Shown here one piece after another: positions 37,601-49,600 of a DNA stretch of 64,000 nucleotides. Source of the DNA: Thalia democratica (lineage: Eukaryota). Location: positions 30,566,001 through 30,630,000 of the forward strand of contig OZ241833.1 of NCBI GenBank assembly GCA_965202585.1, written 5' to 3'. A program made the translations under genes and the position numbers. Each line of letters starts with the position of its first letter. Within the stretch, counting starts at the first letter, position 1. Below the pieces are notes generated by a model that saw only the letters and a program-made list of their open reading frames with translations, searched no databases and had not been told where the DNA came from.

Positions 37601-40600
37601 TTAGAAAACATTTTATTTACGCCTTTTATTTGTTGTCTGTATAGCATATCTGTTTTATTTGCTTATGGGAATATTTATTGAGTTCAAAGAAACTTAAATT
37701 TTTTATTTAATTATTCAGCATGTTTTATTGTAAATATATATATTGCTTTTAGCGAAAATAGTTTTTATTTTTATCTGTTAAAGCAGTAATTTTATAATTT
37801 TTGTCTTAACAACTCTGCGCTTACGTACTCAATTTAATATCAACACAAGTAAAAACTCAAACTAAATATACAAGGCTCTTTGAAAATCTTATGTTACAAT
37901 TAAAACAGTGGCAAGCCTGGAAATAAAACCAAGGTTGCTACTCTTTGTGACAAGAATTTTCAGCCTGAATGACCATAAACTATTCTGAATTGCTTCAAGT
38001 TAGCCTACGTTGGCCTTAGTTTGTTATAAAAATGAAAAAATTGACCCAAAACTTAAAAAAATCACTGTTAACCAAGATGAAACACCTAGAACATAAATTA
38101 ATAACATAATTACATTTTAAAAACACAATTTTTAGAAAAAGAAGTTCTAAAAACTAGCCTGAGTTTCAGCAAAAACATTCAGTTTCACTTTAAAACATTC
38201 GAACAAACCTGAGTCAGCCAGAGTTTAAAGAAAAAAAGTTTTAACTGAATCGTTCTGAGCGTGTGGCAACCCTTGCGGAACAAAACACAAACAACGGAAA
38301 GCTACAACTTCATGCACCACCACACTCGCCACCCACTTTGCTGAACGCCTTCAGGTTTTTCTTCTGTCCGCCGGGTGGCGCCTTGCTCCCGCTTGACGAC
38401 GGGTCGTCGCGGACGATGTGGGGCTTGGACTTGGGTTTTATGGGCACCTTGATGCGCGTCACTATCCTCGGACGGGTCCTCTCCTCCGAAGCTTCCGGCT
38501 ATTTAATTGTGACGTCACAATAAATTCGTTGTCAGACGACGTTACAATAGTACGGAGAGAAATTTTTTAAACCGAGAATTTTTAGCCCGTTTTTATGCGT
38601 TTTGTGGACTTACTAAAGCGCATTGAATATCAATGTGAAAAATACTGGATGCAAATAAAATTTATAATTCATTGGGATGCATCGTCTATTTTTAACTGTG
38701 GTTCAGCGCTCATTTGAAAACAACTAAAAATATTAAAAACACAATGTGAAAGGTCAGAGTTTTATATTTTTCAATAACAGTCACTACAATCTGATAATCT
38801 TGTTATTAAACAGAAAATTAAGTGAAACAATAAATTAAAACTATTTATCATAGAAACACTGCTACACAGATTAAATTATTCGTTATAATGTTTTAGTAAT
38901 AAGTTTATCAATAAAGTAGAACAAAAATTATTACCCAAACACTTTTTGATAATCTATCTAAGTTGTAGTCCTTCAAACCTCTTTTTTTGCTAATTACATT
39001 AAAAGTCGAAATTAAACTGTTAGTCAAAACATTTATTCTTTCTTTTCAAAAGCGTTTCACTTTAATAGTATTATGATAAAAACTCAGACTTTTAATAACT
39101 TTGAATATTTTTTAAACTTAACTCCGCACCTTTCCTACAAAGCAAATTCCCTCCCTTACAACCCTTAAACAACTCGCAACAACCCCCGCCTATCAATAAC
39201 AGCGAAACGCTGCCTAGCAACCGACCTCGTCGTTGTCAGTGGAAACCTGCGAGTCCTCGTCCCCGCTACCGTCGGCCTCCTCCTCCCCGATCTTGCAGAC
39301 GAAGCCGTGCTTGCCGAGCCCCGTGTTCTTGATGTTGTGCTGGTTGCTGACGTGGCGGCACGCGTTGTTGCGCTTCGTGAACTCCATGTTGCATATCTTG
39401 CACTTGTACTCCTGCGCGAAATTTCATAATTAATTTCAACATGCTTTTGTTATAGTTTATTCTTTATGTATATGTTTGTTACCTCATAACATATTTATTT
39501 TTGTATTTTTTTATAAGTTGATGTTGCGTATCTTGTACTCCTGTGTGAAGTTTTATAATTAAGCAAAATAATTTCACTACAGGTTTATTCAAAAATCCAG
39601 GTTTTTCAGGATTCCAGGTTTTTTTTTTGCAGATATACATTTCTATATTGATGTTGTATATCTTGCGCTTGCACTCCTGTGTGCTTTTTATGTTGTGTAC
39701 AAGTAATTTAAAACATGATATTCAACTTTTCTAGACCATCAACATGCTTAGCCTACTACCAACAAAAGATTTTTCTACTTAATATAAATTATACCCTACT
39801 ACGAAACTAACTTTTACCTTTGCCGCCCTCATGTGCGCGGGAACTCCGGGTCCGTGGTACTCCTCCTCAAATTCCTGCTCGTAGCTTCGGTACTTTTTGG
39901 CGGGCGGACCGCTGGAGGGCGTTGCCAGCTTCCTCCTGCCCCTGGCAACCGGTTGCAGGGGCGTGGTCACCTGGTTGTCATGGCTGCTGTTCCTGGTGGT
40001 CCTGGTCGGTGTTGGTAAGGGGGTGGGGTTTTTCAAGGGCTGCCCGCGCTGCTCGGTGACCACCGTCGGGTCGATTTTCACCAGAAGTTGCTGTGGAAAT
40101 TTTTTTAAATAAAAACTGGATGAATGAAAAAGGTTTGATTTTTAAATCAAATCGAAAACATCAGGGATCAGATTGAGGAGCGTTTTGATTTTTATATCAA
40201 AAAATTCAGTATTAGATGTTCTACATTAATTTTACCGAAAAGCCAAGCGGCAATCTTTAACAAGTTTTTACAAAGTCATGAGACGGGTTTACTTTAATTG
40301 ACTTTTATCCGCTTGTAAATAATATTATTTTATTTATTTTAATTATATTTTCCTCACCTTGAAATCGGGGCTGTCCTTGGTGATGTTGTGCTGCTTGGAA
40401 AGGTGCCTGACCACATTGGAGCGGTTTGCAAACGGCACGTTGCATTTTCCGCACAAGTATTTCTGTTGCATAATAGTTTTTAATAATTTAAAGTCGAAAT
40501 CAATTTTAAACAATGCACAAGCATTACTTCCACAATGTTCTTACTGAACTAAAGCAAACTTTGGTATAAAAATAAATAAAAAAAATAAGACTCAATCAAA

Positions 40601-43600
40601 CCTTAACTTTTCCACCAATGGGAGAGGCGAAGGAGTCAAAGAAGGAGCTTGATTGGCTGTTGTCGATTTGGAAGTTCTCGCTCGAGGAACCGTTCTCGTT
40701 TGCGTCCGTTACCGACACGGAGTCCACCTCAGAAGCACTCTCGTCCTGAAATTTTAACATATGAAATAATTTAAAGCTTTAGTACTTTCACAATTAAATA
40801 TTTTATTAGAAACATTAAATCTATAAATAAAAACCATTTTAAAGCAGAATAATCTGTTTATTTTAACTTATTCTGTTTTAAAAGTATAGGAAATTTTGAC
40901 GCCGAGTTGTTTTGTTTTTTATTTGATTTTAATGAAGATTAAATAAATATATATAAATATTGGACTATACACCACATTAATTTCAGTTAGTTTAAAGACA
41001 ATTTTAATATTTAATTGAGAACAACTAAAACAAAAATTTTGTACGGAATACGACAATACGATTAAAAAATAGCAGAAAAAATAATTTCTTATTAAAGCTT
41101 TAATGAAGAAGCTAGGTAAACTAACAAGAACAAAACTGATTACATCTTCTGTATTAGACTATACTTAATGGGTTCAACTTTCAAAATATTATGAAGCTGT
41201 GCTTACAGCTTTTTGTAATAAGCCTAAATCAACAATAAATTTAAAGCTAATTTACGCAAATAACGGCAATTCTTTTGTTTGTCTCGCAACAACGAGAAAC
41301 TGATCAGCTCGAAAAACAAGCAACTGCTTATGCAGACAACACCAGGGGGGTCACTTGGCTTGAAGCTGCAAAGTTAAAAAACAAAGTTATACTTTTAAAG
41401 TTTCTCACAAAACAGCAAACAAAAGTTATGTTTTTGCATGAGGCAAATTAATGACGAAACAACAGTTTATTTTTGATCAGACATTCTTTGAAGAGTTGAT
41501 TGAACAAGTGAGCACAAATACTCGACAAAACAAGCGAGAACGCCCAAAAGCGCAGCAAAATCTCCGGCGCGCACAGAGAGAGCTGTGAAACGAACGCCTC
41601 TGCGAAATTCTCTCTCGTTCGCTGTAAAGATGCTGCTCCTCGCAAACGAAGCGACACCTAGCGGCCAAAAGTGCCAAGAATGTTTTCACGTGGCAGAGGA
41701 GAGAAGCTTCTAGGATATTTGCTTGCGTTCTGCGCAAAACTTCTTTTAAAAACTTATTTAAACTTCTACCTAATTGCACAAACATGATATTCTTTGAAGT
41801 GCTTTAAAATTACTTGTTTCTGAAAATGCATCGATGAGTTACAAAGAGAAATTTTAAAATATAATTTTTTTACCACCGTTTTATTTGACTTGGAAACTTT
41901 TTTTTTTAAGCTTTTCAACTTTAGTTAAGTTTATAACTAAAAGTATTCAAAGGAAAAACCTTACAACTTACACTTGGATGCGTAAAACTAAATGTTTAAA
42001 ATTATTTCTATTATCTTCACACCGCTAATTCATTATTTCTAATTTCAGTAATCTTTTAAGTTAAAAAAAGCATTATTTTAAACTAAAATTAAATTACTTC
42101 TTAAAAAGTTTTTATTTCATACAACCGAGGTTTCTTTAAAATTCAAACTTTTGTCAATTTGTCACCAGGTGTTTTATTTCGTTAACATTTCAACGAACCA
42201 TGTTTTGTTCATCTCGCTAAAACTTATTTGATTGCAAATGCAAAATAAAACTAAGATCTCTTAGAAAATGCTGCTTGAACAAACTGCATTAAACTTGCAG
42301 TGTGTAACTACACGTGGCCGGGTAACTAGTATATGAATACACACAAAAGATGTAAATTATCTATAACTATAAGGTTGGTGTACTAACGTTTCAAAAAAAA
42401 ATCAAAATATAACATACAAAGTTGGGGGACGTACATTCACAAAATTTTCGTATGAATAATTCAAACACTTTCTTACAAGCTGTTACATGCTCGAAGACTT
42501 AACCGTTGAAGTGTATAGTAAAAATAAATTAAGTTTAGTGATTTTTTAATATCAAGTTTTTACATAAATTTTACTTTAAAAAAATGATGTTTTGATACTC
42601 ATTTTAATGGAGTTTAAAATAGAGCTTTATTTAAAAGTGTCTGACTTTTTATTGTATATTTGAAGCCTGTTGATCTTTGAAAACAGTTTTAATTACAATA
42701 ATGCAGTTGGGTTCAAAAAAACACAAACTTATAAAAAAAACAGTATGGTGAAAATATAAAAATACTAGTAAAGTGTACAAAGTGTTAAGCCAAAATAATT
42801 TCATTAATATCATGTTTTTTATACAGTTTCACACCTACCCTATTCAAACTTTAAGTTTATGCTTAACTATTTTTTAGCTTAAAATAACTTTCGTTCAAAT
42901 TTAAGATTACTTTTGCGGGAACTTACTTTTTTTATTTATAAATTACACACTTGCTAAATTGAGCTAACGAAATTGATCAACCCATGCCCCTGGTTAAAAC
43001 AACCAGCGCTGTGAATTTCAACTCAATTGCCTAATTGTGTTTAAACATTGCTTTTATCATGCGATCCATCAAAAAATGAATGTTTTTTTCAACAAAAATT
43101 AATTTTCAAACAAAAACATTTAACAAACCTGCTGGACTTTTCCAACCTCTTCATCATCTTCCGCTTCCTTACCAACCTGATCTTCCTCCCTAGCAACGTC
43201 TTCCTGCTCCATGGCAACCTCGCCTTCTTCCATGGCAACCTGATCTCTTTCCCCCACCAACCTGTCTGCCTCAATCCTAGCCTCCTTCAACTGCCACTGG
43301 ACCTGTGCATTATCATCATTATAATTATTTCAATATTATTTAAATCATGAATTTTGTTAATTTAAACAAAAAATTGTTCTTCAAACTGCACCTCGTCCTG
43401 TGGACACTGCAGTGTTTTAATATCTTGCATCAACGCTTTCAGTTAGTTTATCATGTTTGTGTTTAACAAATGTTCCTCGCGAGCCACAGAACACTCTTTG
43501 TTCGGCGAATAAATTATTGTACAATCATATCAAGATATCTATAAAAAACCTTTAAATGTGCGCCTGTCGCTTTAAATTCCTCGTGTGGAAGATGAATCCG

Positions 43601-46600
43601 TTTTGTTAATTAATTAATCGTTGTGATAATGTAATAAATACAAGTATGACTTACTCATACGTATTATTACCTGTTCCTCGTGCGGGAGATGCACCACACT
43701 GTCAGCTTTGTTCGGCGAGTCCCTCTTAATCTCGTGCTGTTTGTAGGCGTGTCTCAGCAGGTTACTGCGCACCGTGAACCTGCGAACATATGAAATATTG
43801 TGAGTTTATATTTAGTTATTTGTAATTTAAACACGCAGGTGAAACGGTTGGCGTAGTTTAATTTTGAGCTTTGAAAGTTAAAAAAAATTATGTTTGGTAT
43901 GGTAGTTAACAAAAAGCAAAGTTTTTTTTTTTGATACAGAGTCAGCCAACCTATAAGCTTCATTCAGCCACGCTAACTTAGCTGAGATCTATTTGAACTT
44001 TTTAATGAAAAATTTTCACTCTTTCACCAACACATACCGCATTTATACACACAACAGTTATCATAAAAAAACTATACGGTTATTTGTATAAACTAAAAAA
44101 ACTTCTCGATATACCGAAATGCAAACAGCTGTTTAAATAAAAATGAGCAAACTAAACAGTTTATTAACCACCGAAACCTGGCAGGAAATAAAATATTTAA
44201 ATTGCACATTTTTATTTTATTTCTTTTTATAAAAAAAACTCTCACCTAATGTCGCAGTGGGCGCACTTGAACCCGCGCAGCCCCATGTGTCCCTGGATGC
44301 ACTTGACCAGGGCGGACTTGTACCAGTACCTCCGCATGCACTTCAGGCACTTCACCTGCTCGCTCATCCTCCTCTCCCCCGGCGCTCCGACGTCGTCCGT
44401 GACCATGTTGGTCAGTCTGGGGGAAGGCCCTGTTGATGTAGTCACGTGATTGTTACGCTTTAGCGGTTAGGTTAATTGTTCATGTTGTTTTTTGTCAATT
44501 GGGGATGAGTATATGAAAAACTCTGTGACGTCATATAAAAGCGTAAAATGTTTGATAAGAGGAAATGATCATGTGTATTTATTAATTTGACTACGACACG
44601 TTTCATAAAACAATGTTAACGTATCAAAATTGCTCAATTTTTTTGTTGACCCTAGTGGGCTTCTTATATCACACAAATTAAAACAACAACCAAACACTAA
44701 CTTGAGCCCATGTTGATCATAGTGGGCAGGCTGTTTGCCAAAACTTCCTTCATCGAAGTCGCTTTCGTCGGCTTCTTCTCCCTGATTGTATTTTGTTCTT
44801 ATATATTGAACTTTTAAACATAAAACTTTATTAAAATTTTTAACCTTAAGGAAACAAACAATTGTCACTGTACTTCATAGTATTAAGTTTGTTAGACATT
44901 CTTATAATTTTGAATGAAAAAAAGGTTTGATGGATAAACATTATTTTATAAAAAAGTAAATTTATTTTGGTTTTTCCAATTTTTAACTTCTCATGATAAA
45001 TCTAATTAATTAAAATGCAACTTGTAAAAAACAAACAAGTAATTGACAAACTAACTTTTTAGCTGATAAAGTGCTAGACGGTGGTGGCAATATGGCGTCC
45101 ATCGAAGACTGAAATATCAATTACATAATAAGTATATAAACGTTTATACACATGTATACAAAACATTGTTAAGAAAAATAATACTGACTGGCTTCTTGTA
45201 TGAGTTACCATTGAAAATATTTCAATTGAGATTATAATTCTAAAAACTGTACAAACAAATAAGTAAAAACAAATATGTTAAATGTAATTGAAATACCTGA
45301 ATGTAGTTCTGGCTCATGAAACTGCTGTTGTTCAGCTTCTTCAAATCTTCAAGCAAATGTGTAGTACCTTAAAAATTAAAACAACTATAAAAAAATTGCA
45401 CTAATTGTAGCAGTATATCAAACTTAGTTTTGTTTTATTTTATTCAAAGTTAAGCTTTCTTCTTAAATAGATCAGGAGGAAATGCCAGAACGTATTTTTG
45501 CACAAAACTAATTATAACAACTTCTAACTTTTAAAGCTGTTTTTCGCAGTCTGCTTTGGCAATATTGGCGGGTAGCTTTTTTGATTGTTGAAACGAGCAC
45601 CTGTACAAAAATAATATATTTTACTTAATTTTATTTAATATATTTTATAATTTTAAAACTATAAAGAACGTTAATTAGATATCTACTTAAAATTTTAGCT
45701 TTTTTCATTCAAGTTTTCAAAAGGAAGTTTGTTTGACTAACAAGATGTAAAAAAAATCTTTCACAACTTTAATTAAAAGTTATTAACTTTTCACTAAACA
45801 ATTACTAATTTCTAACCCAAACAAATAAACTTACAAAACTTGTGTTCTTAGCTAATTATTTAACTTTAAAGCCAACAGAAAACTTTGGTTCTCTAATTCT
45901 TGTAGAAGTTTTAGGGTCAGTTTTTTATTTTCAAACATTTTTTCTGATAAGACTACTCAAAAACAAAAAGTAAATCAAAAATACCGGCAGACGTGGACGG
46001 AATGCTGTTCCTGTTGTTTCGAACTTCTTGAGTGTGTTTGTTTTGAGTGGATGTTGACAGGTGAGCGTTTGAAGTGAAGTTGAATCCTGTGAATTTTTAA
46101 CCTTTAAACCTACTTTTCAGCTGTTATTGAGTTTTTTAATATATGAAATAAAGCTAAATTGCTTTTTTTGTGTATTATTTCTAACAACTTATAGGTCACT
46201 TGTTAAAACTTTTAGCTCAAATAAACAAAACTTTTTTAACACATATATATATTTTACACGAAATAAAACCAAGCTCAACTGCTTGTTCGACTACCTGATT
46301 GCGGTGTTTTCTTCTTACTACTGCCTCCTTGCGGCTGATTGTTCAAATTTACTTGCTGCACCGCCGCAGCCGTCAGAAGGGAGAAGAGCTTCGACCTCAT
46401 TTGCGCTACATTCTGATTGGCTGAAAATACAAATAAATTGTTATGATTGGCTATTTAAGAAGTTAACAAATGTTTTCCTGCTTTAAATGGCTTTGATGGT
46501 GTAAGATAACAATATTGATTTTAAAATTTGAGTTATTAACAACAATGTGCTAAAAACCTAAACCTTTTCTGCCTGCTTTAGTTTTTGATTGTTTTAAGAT

Positions 46601-49600
46601 TTAGCAAGTTAGCATTTGAAAAATTCTTAGATATCTTTTATAGTTGATAAAAAATTTAAATGGTGAAATATATCAATAAGTAAACTTTTAATTTGGCTTA
46701 TCATTCAATGTATACAAATACATAAAGGTCGTGTAAAGTTGAAGTTTTTTCAATTATTAATATTGAAGACAATTCACATTCACCTTTATTAAAAATTTAC
46801 GCACAAGCAATAAACATGAGGCGTCTAAGGAAGTGGATAATAATTATGTTATCACGTTTGAAAGCATGCGAACATCTTGTTTTACACGTAATCAGATTAG
46901 TCAGGCTTTTGTGTTAATACCAACGCAATACACATCATCATGAAATTTCCATGACACAAAACTAACACATCAGCATGGAAAAAATATTTAAAAATTTTGT
47001 TTTTATTATAGAAAACGCAATAATATTTGCTATATAAAATTTATAAGCCTTTTGTTTTATAATATATTTTGAACAAACTATCACATTTTCTGACCCAAAC
47101 AAGAATAATTTGCACCTGATTTAAATCAAACTTACCCTAGTAACCCCAAAAAGAAAGGAATTCTAACAACAAACTAATTTTAAATACACCTGATGTTTTA
47201 ACATAGGTTGCTGTTACTACTTGAGAAAATCGGACCTTTTAATAATTATTTGTTGTCGAATAACCCAGCATTAAACTTACGGATGCACTTTTTGCCCTTA
47301 AAAAACACAGTTTTATCAAGTATAATAAAGTGCTTTACTTCAGTATGGTCTATTCAAACTCAACATTAACTGTATTTAACATAAAACATACTCAACTTTC
47401 ACACAAACCGTTTTTAACGCAGCCGACGACTTGCGAGTACTCCTTGTCAAACATGCTCCTCATCTGCTTGGTGGCCGCGTTGAACGCGTTTATTTTCTCG
47501 AACGGAATCAGCGGACGGGCTTTCCACAGGTGAACCACCTCCATCATGGTTGCTGATTTCATCGTGTCTTGGTACTGATAATGATTATGATTATTTTGTT
47601 TAAAATTCTCAAGTATTTAAAGTATTATTTTTTGTTAATTTTTTTTATTGTGTCGTGATTCTGATGAATAGTTATTAGGTAAGAATGAACATTCGCTTCT
47701 TTATATAAATTTCTAGAACCAAAATATTTTTATTTAAACGAAATATTTTGATAAAACAGTCTTTTGAAATTCAAAGAAAATGAAAAGTTTTTACAAACAA
47801 CAAAAAATAATTCTGAAATACTTTTGTAATGAATTTTAAACGATTTCGATCATGTAATCAATTCAAACCGACCACATCATTCGTATCCTTGTTGAAGTAA
47901 TTAGCGAGGTGTCCTTCTTTGAGGAACTGATGTTTTCCAAGCAACGATTTGGTGTCTGTTGATATTTTGTCAACTGATTTTCTCAACACCCTGGTGCTTG
48001 ATCTGCTGCTTCTACTTGCCTCTGCTAATAGTAGTTAATAGATATTTAAAAGTTTGTGATGAAAGACGAAAATTTTAAAAGTTTTAGTATAGATACGGGT
48101 GATAAAGTTACTAGGGTTTAAAATAAAACTCAGACTTAAAAAGGCATATAAAACAAAAATTAATGGTTAGCACGGTTTTTTAGTAACTATTTTCACTTTT
48201 TTGTACCTGCACCACACCTTTACTTTTTACTGATAAAAAGTCACTTATCAAAATATTATCAAGCCAACTCAAACACCGTTAACATTTGCCCTAAAAAAAT
48301 ACATATATGACGTCACAAACCGCTATTGTCCTTCCTGGTGTGCATGTGGTGGGTGGAGGGTAATACCCTGACATGGGAATCGACGTCGTTCTCGACCGAG
48401 TGCTCCTGCTTCAAATGCTGCACGAGTTGCTGGTGAGAGGAGAACACTTGATCGCATATGCGGCACTTCGAACTGTGGGGATGTTTTTTTATTTAAATTA
48501 AGTTGAGTTGAGTTGTTTGAATTTAACAAGCTTTGTACTGAAAAACATACTAAACTGTAACCGTAAAAGTTCGAGTTGTTATACCAAGCTTTTAAAAAAA
48601 TATTAAAAATTTGCTTATGTTTAATGTACATCAACCATTTCATCTTATATATACTTATTTTGATAAAAAAATTTCAGCAAACCAATAGTCAAACCTGTAC
48701 GGCCGATGCCTCTGCCTCGGAGTTGTTCCGTTGGGCATGTTAACAATTTCAGGTTTCACCACGTAATGCCCCTCCTTCAATTTGCGAATTTCATCGTGCT
48801 GCTCTGATACCTGCATAGTTGTTGTTGTGAATACTGAATGTTAACAAGTGGCAGATATTAGCTTTGAATTGAATTGTTTGATACAAAAGTTGTTAGTAAT
48901 TGTTGTGGAAATTGAGTATTCAACAGTGGAAAATTTTGGTTTTGCATTAAAAGTTTTGACATCTGAATTAACTTGTTGTGAAAACCGAGCATTTAAAAGT
49001 GTTAACGATCAATGTTAAGATTATAAAATTCTGACATTTGAATGTCAAATAATGTTTAAAAATATCTTAAAGTTTAGTTTCAAATTGTCTCAATGTAATG
49101 TTTACAATTTTTTTATGTAAACTAATAGTCTTTGTTGCAACAGTGTTGTAATAAAAATACCTGCATAAATTTTGTAATGTTTACAAAGCTTAGAAATCTA
49201 TAGAAAAATACTTTAAGTGAGAAATCTATTTTATTTTGCTTCAATTTTTTAAAGTGATAAAATACAGCCTAAAATTTAAAGTAAAAAATCAGGTTAATAA
49301 ATTTTAGTATTTGTAAATCTCAATAAGCTTGCAAGATGTTTTTTTATTAAATAAATATTAGAGAAAAGCCTATGTATGCACCTGAATTTAAAACATTTTG
49401 AGTTAAAAAAGCGGTTAAAAAAAAGAGTCAAAACCGCAAAATACTTTCAACAAAAAAAAATTGTTGAAGAAGATGCGAGAAAGGCCATTGTTCATCCGGA
49501 AGTGACTCATTGTGACGTAATAGTAGCCAGTGCAAGCTGAAAGTCTTTGTGATTCACATTTCATGTTATTAATATTCCACACATACAAATTACAAAAAGT

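Noticed and set aside
41448-41785. 69- and 102-aa minus-strand ORFs as extra zinc-finger exons
   Set aside because: No phase 0-0 splice boundaries or finger motif; exons 18 and 19 join in frame without them.
43089-43274. ORF-track frame [17 protein letters not shown]
   Set aside because: Wrong frame; splice phases give [26 protein letters not shown].
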